DNA from: a virus
Taxonomy: Duplodnaviria; Caudoviricetes
IMG/VR virus record: IMGVR_UViG_3300044266_000149
Location: 1-40,315 of that record
Reading direction: 5' to 3' (one strand)
Length of the DNA stretch: 40,315 nucleotides
A model generated the notes under the pieces. The model saw only the letters and a program-made list of their open reading frames with translations. It was not told the origin of the DNA and made no database searches. How positions within the stretch are numbered: position 1 is the first letter of the stretch; every line of letters begins with the position of its first letter. This document shows positions 18,087-28,029 of the stretch, in pieces. The position numbers and the translations under genes are program-made.

Positions 18087-20320
18087 TGACGCAGAAGGTC
18101 TTTGCTCTTGACACGAAAGCTGGTATCCAGCGTGACGGCACCGTGTTTGACATGGACTTCTACACGGACGGCCAGTGGGTACGTTTCCAGCGCGGTCGCC
18201 CCCGTAAGATGGGCGGCTATCGTTTGATCTCTGGTAGCCTTCGCGGGCCTTCTCGCGGCGTCTGGATGAACCCGAACGACAACATCAACCGTATTTTCAG
18301 CGGCTACAGCGACGGTTTGCAAGAGCTGACGATCGACAACAACGGTATCGGTGCTGGGGTTACAGATCTAACCTTGAGCAACTTCACAGCCAATGACAAT
18401 AACATGTGGCAGTTTGACGGTTTCTACTCGCCTACTGGTGGAGTAGGTACGTTGATTGCCCATCCTGGTCAAAACTTATCCGCTATCGACAGTACTGTAA
18501 ATACTCCGGTTCTCTATGGAGATATCACCGGTACGACGATGTCGAAAGTGGGCGTGTTCTCTATCGCTGGGTGTACGCAGGTTGCAGGGCAAGACCACTT
18601 CAACTTGCCCGCCGCTGATGTTCGAGTTGCTGCTGGGCAGACTGTGTCTGGTGACGGATTACCTGCAGGTACTACAGTGACCTCAGTAACAACCACTACA
18701 GTAAAGATCAGTAACCTGACGACTAGTAACTCCACATTTACCGCAGTTTTTGACAACAACGTGGACGTGTCTGGAGGCTGCGTCTCTTTGCATCCATACC
18801 TCTTTGTTTACGGCAACAACGGGTTGATCCGTAATTGTTCAGCCAGCGATCTGACAGACTGGGTGACTTCTGATGCGAACGAGAACAACGTAGCTACTAC
18901 CAAAGTAGTCCAAGGGCTTCCCGTGCGCGGCGGCTCTAACTCGCCCGCAGGTTTGTTCTGGAGTCTTGACAGTCTGATTCGAGTCAGCTACTCACCGACT
19001 ACAGTGACGATCGGCGGCACCGCAGTGACTCAGTACTGGCGTTATGACACGATCACCGCGCAAAGCTCAATCTTGTCCAGCCAATCGGCGATCGAGTATG
19101 GCGGGGTTTACTACTGGATCGGGGCTGATTGTTTCTTGATGTACAACGGCGTCGTGAAAGAGATCCCGAACAACTTCAATCAGAACTATTTTTTCGACAA
19201 TCTGAACTACGCTCAACGTCAAAAAGTGTGGTGTACGAAGGTTCCCCGTTTTGGTGAAATCTGGTGGTACTATCCTAGTGGGGATTCCACAGAATGCAAT
19301 GACGCTATCATTTACAACGTTCGTGAGAACTGCTGGTATGACGCCGGAACTGCTCTAGGTGCAAACCGCTCTGCTGGTTTCTATTCTCAGGTTTTCCACT
19401 ACCCCATTCTCGCTGACTGGGAAGTCAGCACCGCAGCAACCGTAACTTCCGCAACGTATGACACCATTAATGGCAGTAGTCATCTGTATTCTGATTTTTA
19501 TGATCCTCTTTTGAGACCAAACTTAGCAGTATCAGGTACTGGTATCATATCAGGAACGATTCTGTCTGAAGTATCTGTAAACGCGATCAAAACTCTGAAC
19601 ACTTTGGTAGGCGGTGCAGGGTACACAAATGGAACCTACACAAACGTGCCTTTGACAGGCGGCTCGGGAGGCGGCGCAAACGCGACCGTTACGGTAAGCG
19701 GCGGGGCGGTGACTAGCGTTACATTCGTAACCCCCGCAACGAACTATCGCGGGTACGGCTACGTTGTCGGGGACACTTTAACGTGCGCCGCAGCTAGTAT
19801 CGGCGGTACTGGGGCAGGTTTCAGCATTAAGGTGAGCGCTCTGTATCTGCAAGTGTTGCATATGTCAACAAACGCAGGATCTACAGGTACCTACACTCTC
19901 ACGTTCTCTACCCGCGCGGGCTTCATCGGTTTGTGGCAGCACGAGATCGGCGTAGACCGAGTTGAGGGTCAAAATCTTACCGCGATTGACAGTTGGTTCG
20001 AGACAAACGATATCGGCTTGGTCTCCGGCGGCCCTTCACAACCTCAAATGGTCGGCGACAACGTGTGGATCCGGTTAGAGCGTATTGAGCCTGACTTCAT
20101 ACAAGAAGGTGAAATGACAGTAACCGTAACAGGTCGTCCTTTCGCTCAATCCCAAGATGTGGAGAGCGAGCCTTTCACTTTCGGCCCGAACGACGGTAAA
20201 GTAGATATGCGTGAGCAGCGTCGTGAGATGCGTTTGCGTTTCCGTAGTAACGTGCAGGGTGGGAACTACCAAACCGGTAAGATCCTACTTGATGCGGATA
20301 TCGGAGACGTGCGTCCATGA
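18086..20320 (+). CDS. Tail nozzle/DNA stabilisation protein (P22 gp10/tubular B-like) with inserted beta domains
   Basis: 744 aa; GIQRDGT...DGQWVRFQRGRPRKMGG start; YWIG.D.F.MYNG.V and FGEIWWYYPS..S.EC...IIYN..EN.WY beta-propeller-like motifs. Confidence 0.72.
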   Translation: MTQKVFALDTKAGIQRDGTVFDMDFYTDGQWVRFQRGRPRKMGGYRLISGSLRGPSRGVWMNPNDNINRIFSGYSDGLQELTIDNNGIGAGVTDLTLSNFTANDNNMWQFDGFYSPTGGVGTLIAHPGQNLSAIDSTVNTPVLYGDITGTTMSKVGVFSIAGCTQVAGQDHFNLPAADVRVAAGQTVSGDGLPAGTTVTSVTTTTVKISNLTTSNSTFTAVFDNNVDVSGGCVSLHPYLFVYGNNGLIRNCSASDLTDWVTSDANENNVATTKVVQGLPVRGGSNSPAGLFWSLDSLIRVSYSPTTVTIGGTAVTQYWRYDTITAQSSILSSQSAIEYGGVYYWIGADCFLMYNGVVKEIPNNFNQNYFFDNLNYAQRQKVWCTKVPRFGEIWWYYPSGDSTECNDAIIYNVRENCWYDAGTALGANRSAGFYSQVFHYPILADWEVSTAATVTSATYDTINGSSHLYSDFYDPLLRPNLAVSGTGIISGTILSEVSVNAIKTLNTLVGGAGYTNGTYTNVPLTGGSGGGANATVTVSGGAVTSVTFVTPATNYRGYGYVVGDTLTCAAASIGGTGAGFSIKVSALYLQVLHMSTNAGSTGTYTLTFSTRAGFIGLWQHEIGVDRVEGQNLTAIDSWFETNDIGLVSGGPSQPQMVGDNVWIRLERIEPDFIQEGEMTVTVTGRPFAQSQDVESEPFTFGPNDGKVDMREQRREMRLRFRSNVQGGNYQTGKILLDADIGDVRP

Positions 20321-20571
20321 GCAGCGTCGGCGCAATCTACGATCCGCGCGGGCACACGTGGGATTCGTGGTCCTCGCTTATGTGCGAACTCTATGCAGCG
20401 CAGGGCTTGGAGAGCAACTGCCCTGAGACTGAATGGAAACGCTGGGCCGAGGGGCTGAAAGGTATCGCCTCTTTTACCGCTCAAGGTATCCCATCCCCTG
20501 ACGGGTTTCAATCGTGGGATCTTTGGGCTCAAGAACTCTTGACAACTCTAGATGCTTGGACGTCTCAATGA
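20317..20571 (+). CDS. Small Trp-rich hypothetical protein
   Basis: ATGA-coupled on both sides; YDPRG.TW..W...WKRWA...P.PDGF..W..WA. Confidence 0.65.
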   Translation: MSSVGAIYDPRGHTWDSWSSLMCELYAAQGLESNCPETEWKRWAEGLKGIASFTAQGIPSPDGFQSWDLWAQELLTTLDAWTSQ

Positions 20572-20990
20572 CAAAAGAACCTTCTTCTCTTGCGATGCAA
20601 ACTGCTGAAATTCTCAAAATCTCTGTTCGCAGGGATTATGCGAAATCTGATCAACAAGCAGATCACATGCTTAGAGGCATCCTAGCTCAAGTGAAGCAAA
20701 AAGGATGTAAACTTGTTCCTATCGGGAATTTTGTCTTTCAAGTGACCGTAAAGGGTCAGGGCTTGGTTGAGATTCACCTCTTTTCCAAAGAACTCGGCGA
20801 TCGTGAGGGTATGGCCCAAGCCTTTGGCCACCTCGCTGATTACCTTCGTAGTATCGGAGTGAAAGTAGCCTACGCAGTCACAGACGATACTCGCTTGGAA
20901 GAAGTGGGTAAGATGACAGGAATCCCGTACAAACGCACCACGGTTGACGTCGCAGGTGCTAAAGTCAACGCATATTACGTAGAGTTGTAA
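20568..20990 (+). CDS. Hypothetical protein, possibly GNAT-like (P22 gp14 position)
   Basis: Start reassigned to the ATGA overlap at 20568; alpha/beta pattern VEIHLFS...LRSIGVKVAY; sits just before the ejection proteins. Confidence 0.5.
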   Translation: MTKEPSSLAMQTAEILKISVRRDYAKSDQQADHMLRGILAQVKQKGCKLVPIGNFVFQVTVKGQGLVEIHLFSKELGDREGMAQAFGHLADYLRSIGVKVAYAVTDDTRLEEVGKMTGIPYKRTTVDVAGAKVNAYYVEL

Positions 20991-20992
20991 AC

Positions 20993-23900
20993 ATGGGTGA
21001 TCCAGTAAGTTTGGCCGTAGTTGCTCTCAGCTATGCGGGCGCGGAAACAATCGGCACCGCGATCATAGCTACCGCGCTAGAAGATTACGTGGTAGATTCT
21101 GTAGCTACGGCTGCGCTATCTACGGCTGTCGGCTCAGCCGCGATTTCTGGCACCGCAGTCGCTCTCCAAGGGGGTACTGCAAATCAGGTTTTGAAAGCTG
21201 CTGTCATCAACGGCGTGGCCGCTGGCGCGGGTAGTTACGTAGGTAATACCGTAGGCAACTATGTAGGCGGGCTGACGGAGGTACGGGCCGCCCCCATCAT
21301 CGCTAAGAGCGTATCCACCAGCGTTACTGTCGCGGCAGTGAAGGGTACGGACATCGAGAAAGCAGCTCTGTCCGGCCTCGTCGTAGGAACTATCGCTGCG
21401 GTGAATGACTTGCCTTCTGTAAAAGGCTTACCAGACACCGTCAAGAACGTGATGAACAACGTAGTTGCGGCGGCATTGACTAAGCAAGATATCAAGACCG
21501 CAGCTGTGGCAGGTTTGATCCAGAGTACCAATATCTTAGGTACAGTGATCAATAGCAACGATACGTTGAAAGCTGCTTGGGCAAACCCAGACAACAAGGG
21601 CCTCGTCACTATGGCCCAGAACGCAGTAAGTTACGGACTGGCAGCCGCTATCCAAGGTAAAGATGTAAACGCTGCGGTTACTCAGTCGTTGTATACTACC
21701 TCTGCAAAGCTGCTAGGGGCGTCTATCAAGGGTGAGTTGAATGCGTACGTCAAAGATGTGCAAGATAACTACAAGAATGCTACGAAAGCTCAAGCTGATT
21801 ACAACGACGCTGCTACAAAACAGGCCGCAGAGTATAAGACCTACAACACCTATGCGGATAAAGTAAACGATTACTCTACTAAGCTGTCTGAGCTTTCGAG
21901 AGATTACCCCTCGATGTATCAGCAACAAAGTGATTTGCTGAATACAATCAAAAACGAAGAGCGTACCATTACGTGGTACAATAACCAGATGTCGGGTCTC
22001 AAGAGTGATTATGATCATCAGTACAACATCATTAAGGGTACAGTAGACGAGTATAACCACTATCTGTCGATCTACAACAACACTGGATATCCGGTTCAGA
22101 CTAGAAACGACGCTGCATTTATCTTGAACAGCGGAGGTACTACGTTACACAACGGGCATGATTTCCAGCAGATTATTCAGAACGCCCAGTTCATGATAGA
22201 CAGTATAAACGCTAAAGCAGAGCAGCTGCATACGTCGTATGCTCCTGTTATAGATGGATACCAGAAGGATACAGCCCAGTATAACGATCTCATCAAGCAG
22301 CTTAATACTATGTCTTCTACGTATGAATCGTTGAGCAACGATCTTGCTGCTTACGTAGACTCGAATAAGGCCGCCGCCGAAACTGCTCTGTCTAACGGTA
22401 GGGCTTATGACGGGGCTCTAGCCTCGTACAAAGCTACCCTAGATACGTCTGTCGCTTTGATGAATTCTAGCGCATCAAAGCTAGACGAAGAAGTGAACTC
22501 TTTGCAGAACGTAGCCGCTCTTGACTTCAAAAAGGTCATTGCTGAGGACGAGTTGAAAACGATGCAAAGTACGGCCAGCGCGCAAACGATCGCTGACAAG
22601 ACTGCAGAAATACGGTCTTTGGAGGCCCAATCGTACATAGAGTCTATGAGATCAGTCTCTGATGATTTCAAAAACATAGATTTCAAAGACCTTGAAGGTA
22701 AGTACGCATCAACCTCTGGTATGACTCTAGATCAACTGGCGAGCGAAGTTAAGATTCGCACGTTCGATCAAGTAGCGACTCCGGAAGAGAAACAGCAAGC
22801 TATCAACGTCGCGGCTCAGTACAAAGCCGCAAACGGAAGTCTACTTCCTACAGAGACCGTGCAGAATTATGCGATTCAGCAGGTGATGTCAGACTCGTGG
22901 GGAGCAACTACTGTAAACCCAGAAGCTGAGCAGCGCCGCTTGGAAGCCGGTAATCAAGCCTACAAAGACGCTCGCGCCGCAGGGCTGAACTACGATACAG
23001 CGTATGCGATCAGAGATGAGGTATTAAATCGAAGCCTCGGTGATTTTACTTCTTCTCAGCGTGTAATCACAGACGTTGCTCCTGATATCTTAGATGCGAT
23101 CACTAGTAGCGCGAATTCTGTAGAGCGTTTGCTGTCGTTTGACCCTATCGGTACTCAGTTTGCAGCTGCTTCTTCAAATACTATGTCAGATGCCGGCGCG
23201 GGCTGGGCTATGACAAAGCAGGAACGCATCCAATACTACTTAGAAAATGCTGCTGAAGTCAAGGGTAGCGGTATCACGTTTGACAGTAGTACAGGGCTCT
23301 ACAGGGTAGATGATGAGAGCGGAGGCAGGTCTTTGTTCTTCGACAAAGATGGTAACCCGACGGGCCAATCTATTTTGGTTACGGGTACCTCAGATACTCC
23401 TGGTGGTACTACAAACGAGATCGCTTCTGATTTCTTGACTCACGTATACGCCAACACCAAAGAGGGCGATGGCTTGAGCACTAAAGAAGAAGAGCGCTAC
23501 ACGTACGCTCAGAGCGTATCTCAAGCGGCTGAAAGCGCAAATACTAAAGAGGCCGTAGCGTATCTAAAATCTGAAAAAGGCTCTATACCTCAGGACAGAC
23601 TCGATGATTTGATCGGAAAAGTTCAGAGCGGCGCGATCTCTACTGGAGAAGCCTACATCGCCTTTAGAGACGAGGTTGCCGCTGAATACAACCGTAAGAC
23701 GGCGGCCAATGATCCGTTGGTCAAATCAACCTACGACCAAGCGTACAAGTACTTTAGCCAAGCTGCAGGTATGCAACCAGGAGATGCAGTGATTGCAGCT
23801 CAGGGCGTAGCTGAAGGATTGAGCACTAACGAGGCTCTGAATTTACCTAAAAACCTCAGAAACGCAGACAACCTAGCGGACGTATTCCAGAAAACCCAGA

Positions 23901-26900
23901 ACTTGACTGCGGAAGAAACTTCTCAGCTCAGAAACTACTTAAAGGCTGAAGCCAGTATCAGTAATAACGGAATCGCTTCTCCTCAATCTGTAGATAACGC
24001 CCTCCGCAATTATGAGACTGCTAAATACGTAGACCCCAACGCTAACATCATGGATTTCTTGGGGGCCAGTACTCGAGATAGCGGTATCGAGATGCAGTAC
24101 GTAGACAAGAAGCTTGATGAGTACCTCAGCAAGAATGACCCGTTCAAGTCAGCAGAGCAAAAGCAAGCCCTCACCCTAGAAGACAAAGCAATCATAGAAA
24201 ATACGATTTCTAACATCAAAGACACTATCTACACAGGTACAGTCAGCCAATTTGATGCTCAGAGCATGGTGAACCAAGCAGCATACAGATTCTCTGTAGC
24301 TCAAGACTTAAAAATCCGAAACTCAGATTGGGCTGATCTAGCCAAAGAAGATCCAGTGCGGATGCAAGAATATACTTCAGACTATATGGAGGGAAAGTAC
24401 ACTTTTAGCCAGTACGTAGACCACCTCACTTCTCAAGGCGTATCTGCAGAAAAATACTCAGCTGAGCAGGAATCTAAATTTCAGAACGCCTACATGAATG
24501 CGGCTCACCTAGACGCGAGTAAAGCTGAAGAGCTCGCTAAAGATTTTGCCGAAGGTAAGCTGAAAGATGTCACAGCGTTGGGTGAGCAGATTACGTATTT
24601 TGGTAATCGGCAGAACATGGAGAAAAGTTATCTTACGTCTCTAGAATCTGCTGGAGCTTCCGAAGATCAAATCCAAAAAGTAAAAGACTTATTCGGTTCA
24701 GAAAAAACAAATAGCGAGGTAGCTACCGAGTTTGGTAAGATCTATCAAGGTATCCTTAACCCAGTAGTACCAGAAACGCCTAAAACTCAAGAGCAACTCT
24801 GGACTGAGCAAGCCCAAAAAATGCTTGCTCCCTACCAAACGCTTCTTTCTAACACTCAGTATCGTGATGCTATCAACAGCTACGCTAAGACCGGAGATCT
24901 GGCTCTTGTCAATGAAGCGATCTCAGATGCAAAGAACAACAAACCTTTACCAGACAACGCATCCGCAGCTGATCCTACGTACGTTGCAGGTTATACCTCA
25001 GCTATGCAGTATATGCAGCAGAATCCGCTATCGTTATCAGACGAAGCGAAACGAAAACTCGCAGATGAAGTAGGCAATAAAGAGTTGTCTATGCCAGAGT
25101 TTACCGAGAAGTATCTAGATGAGGCCAATCGGTACAAGCTGGTGAATGCGTATGCGCCGCAACTGTTAGACCAAGGGTACTCTCCTGAGCAGATCAAAGC
25201 CTTTTCAGATAGCGTTCTCAACTCTGAAAAAACTCCTGCTGCAGCCGCGCAAGAGGCATATCAAACGATTGAGGGTTCAAAACCGCTGAACGCCCCGACA
25301 ATTACTTCCCCGACTCACACCGTCACAGACACCTCAGGCACGCCAGTTTCCACGCCTACTACACCAGCGGTCACTGCTCCTCAAGAGACATCTCAAAGTG
25401 CGACCTACAAAGCGCAGTATGACTGGGCCAATACGTACATTTCTCAATGGGGTTCAGCTATCCCCGAGTCGGTCAGAAACGAGCTCGCTGACAAGTACGC
25501 GAGGGGTGATATTCAGGCAGTCGGACAAGAGATGGTGGACCAGTCAAATCTGTACAGACAGGCCGAGTCTCTAGGTAACGCTCTCAAGGGTAGCGGAGCA
25601 ACTGATAAGCAAGTTGAGGATTTTAAAACTCAAGTTACATCAAGCCAAACTTTCAACAGCCAAGTTGTGGATGACTTGTTCAGACAGTACTACCAAGAGG
25701 CTCAAGCGAATGCAAAACAATCTACCACGACTCCTACAACCCCAAAAGAGTCTACAAGCGTCACAGCAAACGCAGACGGATCTCAAACTTCCGTCACTAC
25801 TCACTCTGACGGCACAACCACTACAGTTACCAGATATCCTGACGGCACAACAGTCACAGGAGCAGGAGGTACAGGGGGCACAGGGACATCAACTTCTGGA
25901 GCTGCAACAGGTACAAGTACAGGCGCTACCTCTGGGGCTGGCGCCAGTGGAACTTCTGGAACTGGCGCGGGTACAACCAACGCTGAGAACGGAACTAGTA
26001 CAGGTACAGGAGGCGGCGGCGGGGCCGGAGGTACAGGTACAGGGTCGGGTACAGGATTCGGCTCTGGAACAGGTACAGGTATCGGCATCGGAACAGGCGC
26101 AGGGAGCGGAGTCGGCGGGGGAACGAGCGACACCTCTACGTCCGGATCAGCTCCAACCGATACAACGACTTCTAGTACAACGACTACCCCGCCAGTAACT
26201 ACGGGCGGCGGCACCACGACTACGCCTACAGATACGACAACTTCTGGAGGTACTACATCGGAAACAAAACCGACAAGCCCTACCGCCACTACAAGCGGTT
26301 CAGGCGGGTCTGGAGGCTCTGGCACTGGTACAACTACCAAGCCTACAGGCGGGGTTCCCGTGGCTGGTACCCCTTCTGGGGTATCCATGGGGGATACAAG
26401 CTCTGGCGCTTGGAAAGCCCCCACACTGTTTGCTACAGGTTTGGTTAATACGTACGTACCTGAGGTAAAATTTGAATCACCTCTTGAAGCGGCAAACAAA
26501 GTCGAACTCCAAAAAGGAGCCATCGAAAGCGGCAATGAAGGAACTGATATGACAAACCTTGGACTTTCTCAACAAACTTCTCAACCAACCCAGAATGGGT
26601 ATTATAATTACGGTGTGGATAAGAGCCCTTTCGCTCTGTCAGCGTCGCCCTTCATGAACACTCCAAGTCAGAATGAAGTCCAGACGTTCAAGAGCGGCGG
26701 CCAGCCCAAATCAGCTCTCCAAGCCGCTATGAACGATGTCGAGCACAAAGGCTCTCATTATGTGCAAGGTGACGGTGGAGGTCAGGATGACCTGATTGAT
26801 GCTAAGCTGGCAGACGGTGAATACGTGTTTGATGCCGATATCGTGTCCGCGCTTGGAGACGGTTCAAATAAGGAGGGAGCCCGTAAGTTGGATGAGATGC

Positions 26901-26995
26901 GTGAAGCTATCCGCGCTCATAAGCGGTCGGCTCCAATCAACAAAATTCCTCCAATGGCTAAGTCCCCTCTGGAGTATCTGAAAGGACATAAGTAA
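20993..26995 (+). CDS. Giant internal virion/ejection protein (2000 aa)
   Basis: Hydrophobic Ala/Gly N-terminus, coiled coil, helical repeats, G/T low-complexity tract; C-terminal VQGDGGGQDD.I.A.L.DGEYVFDADIVSALGDGS..GA..L domain. Confidence 0.75.
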   Translation: MGDPVSLAVVALSYAGAETIGTAIIATALEDYVVDSVATAALSTAVGSAAISGTAVALQGGTANQVLKAAVINGVAAGAGSYVGNTVGNYVGGLTEVRAAPIIAKSVSTSVTVAAVKGTDIEKAALSGLVVGTIAAVNDLPSVKGLPDTVKNVMNNVVAAALTKQDIKTAAVAGLIQSTNILGTVINSNDTLKAAWANPDNKGLVTMAQNAVSYGLAAAIQGKDVNAAVTQSLYTTSAKLLGASIKGELNAYVKDVQDNYKNATKAQADYNDAATKQAAEYKTYNTYADKVNDYSTKLSELSRDYPSMYQQQSDLLNTIKNEERTITWYNNQMSGLKSDYDHQYNIIKGTVDEYNHYLSIYNNTGYPVQTRNDAAFILNSGGTTLHNGHDFQQIIQNAQFMIDSINAKAEQLHTSYAPVIDGYQKDTAQYNDLIKQLNTMSSTYESLSNDLAAYVDSNKAAAETALSNGRAYDGALASYKATLDTSVALMNSSASKLDEEVNSLQNVAALDFKKVIAEDELKTMQSTASAQTIADKTAEIRSLEAQSYIESMRSVSDDFKNIDFKDLEGKYASTSGMTLDQLASEVKIRTFDQVATPEEKQQAINVAAQYKAANGSLLPTETVQNYAIQQVMSDSWGATTVNPEAEQRRLEAGNQAYKDARAAGLNYDTAYAIRDEVLNRSLGDFTSSQRVITDVAPDILDAITSSANSVERLLSFDPIGTQFAAASSNTMSDAGAGWAMTKQERIQYYLENAAEVKGSGITFDSSTGLYRVDDESGGRSLFFDKDGNPTGQSILVTGTSDTPGGTTNEIASDFLTHVYANTKEGDGLSTKEEERYTYAQSVSQAAESANTKEAVAYLKSEKGSIPQDRLDDLIGKVQSGAISTGEAYIAFRDEVAAEYNRKTAANDPLVKSTYDQAYKYFSQAAGMQPGDAVIAAQGVAEGLSTNEALNLPKNLRNADNLADVFQKTQNLTAEETSQLRNYLKAEASISNNGIASPQSVDNALRNYETAKYVDPNANIMDFLGASTRDSGIEMQYVDKKLDEYLSKNDPFKSAEQKQALTLEDKAIIENTISNIKDTIYTGTVSQFDAQSMVNQAAYRFSVAQDLKIRNSDWADLAKEDPVRMQEYTSDYMEGKYTFSQYVDHLTSQGVSAEKYSAEQESKFQNAYMNAAHLDASKAEELAKDFAEGKLKDVTALGEQITYFGNRQNMEKSYLTSLESAGASEDQIQKVKDLFGSEKTNSEVATEFGKIYQGILNPVVPETPKTQEQLWTEQAQKMLAPYQTLLSNTQYRDAINSYAKTGDLALVNEAISDAKNNKPLPDNASAADPTYVAGYTSAMQYMQQNPLSLSDEAKRKLADEVGNKELSMPEFTEKYLDEANRYKLVNAYAPQLLDQGYSPEQIKAFSDSVLNSEKTPAAAAQEAYQTIEGSKPLNAPTITSPTHTVTDTSGTPVSTPTTPAVTAPQETSQSATYKAQYDWANTYISQWGSAIPESVRNELADKYARGDIQAVGQEMVDQSNLYRQAESLGNALKGSGATDKQVEDFKTQVTSSQTFNSQVVDDLFRQYYQEAQANAKQSTTTPTTPKESTSVTANADGSQTSVTTHSDGTTTTVTRYPDGTTVTGAGGTGGTGTSTSGAATGTSTGATSGAGASGTSGTGAGTTNAENGTSTGTGGGGGAGGTGTGSGTGFGSGTGTGIGIGTGAGSGVGGGTSDTSTSGSAPTDTTTSSTTTTPPVTTGGGTTTTPTDTTTSGGTTSETKPTSPTATTSGSGGSGGSGTGTTTKPTGGVPVAGTPSGVSMGDTSSGAWKAPTLFATGLVNTYVPEVKFESPLEAANKVELQKGAIESGNEGTDMTNLGLSQQTSQPTQNGYYNYGVDKSPFALSASPFMNTPSQNEVQTFKSGGQPKSALQAAMNDVEHKGSHYVQGDGGGQDDLIDAKLADGEYVFDADIVSALGDGSNKEGARKLDEMREAIRAHKRSAPINKIPPMAKSPLEYLKGHK

Positions 26996-28026
26996 TGGCT
27001 TCATTGACTCAAGGGTCTCCACTACCCGATGTAAATACGACGACCACGCAGACAACGACTGCTCCGGATTACTACACCAGTTATCTGAATGACGTTGCCA
27101 AGGCGGGGCAGACCGCGCTTTCGACAGACCCCTCTAAGCTGGTTGCCGGTTTTAGCGGTTTACAACAACAGGGTATCAACGCAGTAACCCCAGCGGCTAC
27201 ATCATATCAGCCAGGATTGTCGGCAGCTGAGCAAACTGCTTCTACAGTTGCTGGGGGTCTCAACCCGCAGAATATTCAAGCTCTGCTGAACCCCTACACC
27301 CAGAACGTAGTCGATGAGATGGGTCGTGTCCAACAGCAGAACATTCAGCGTAATGTTTTGCCTGGCCTCAAAGCCGCATTCGCAGGTACAGGGGGTATGG
27401 GATCCACTCGCTTTGCTAATGCAACTGGTCAAACTCTAGCTGATATGGAGGCAAACTTGCTCGGCCAGCAGACTGGAGCATTACAGAAAGGCTACAGCGA
27501 TGCGACTACCGCCGCGCTGCAGAATCTGTCATTGCAAAATCAGGCAGCTACAACGCAGGGTAACCTCGCTGCGCAAGAGCAAAACCTAGGATTGACTGGA
27601 GCTCAAGCAGAGATCAACGCTGGCGCGATGGAGCAAGCGCAAGAGCAAGCTAAGATTGACGCAGCTTTGAAGAACGCCACAAACGCAGCATCTTTGATGC
27701 GAGGCTACACCGTACCTACATCGACCACTCAGAAGTACACAGGCCCAATGCCTGGTGCCTACAGCGCATCGCCTTTGCAGCAAGCCGCAGGGCTGGCATC
27801 GTTGTTCGCTTCCGGCGCGGGCGGTACATCCGCAGCTGCTGGTGTAGGCAACGCGATCTCGTCGCTTGGTAACTACGTATCTGGGGCTTTGACTCCAACC
27901 GCAAGCACTGTATCGTTTGCCGGTACCAACGCAGATGGAACCAACGTCTACTATGACTCCAAGACAGGTAATTACATGGACTCTAGCGGTAACAATGTCC
28001 CAATCGCTGGCGGTGAAGGAGAATAA
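26995..28026 (+). CDS. Putative DNA-transfer/pilot (ejection) protein
   Basis: Q/A/G-rich; VAGFSGLQQQG, NPY.QNVVD and G.G.MGS.R motifs typical of podoviral ejection proteins. Confidence 0.7.
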   Translation: MASLTQGSPLPDVNTTTTQTTTAPDYYTSYLNDVAKAGQTALSTDPSKLVAGFSGLQQQGINAVTPAATSYQPGLSAAEQTASTVAGGLNPQNIQALLNPYTQNVVDEMGRVQQQNIQRNVLPGLKAAFAGTGGMGSTRFANATGQTLADMEANLLGQQTGALQKGYSDATTAALQNLSLQNQAATTQGNLAAQEQNLGLTGAQAEINAGAMEQAQEQAKIDAALKNATNAASLMRGYTVPTSTTQKYTGPMPGAYSASPLQQAAGLASLFASGAGGTSAAAGVGNAISSLGNYVSGALTPTASTVSFAGTNADGTNVYYDSKTGNYMDSSGNNVPIAGGEGE

Positions 28027-28029
28027 CCC

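Noticed and set aside
25860-26340. Tandem DNA repeat or array (GGTACAGG-like units)
   Set aside because: Irregular units that simply encode the Gly/Thr tract; no constant repeat-spacer period.
20993-26995. Tape measure protein of a long-tailed phage
   Set aside because: No tail tube, sheath or tail-chaperone frameshift genes seen. Its position after nozzle-like and GNAT-like genes and before pilot/SLT proteins fits podoviral ejection proteins better.
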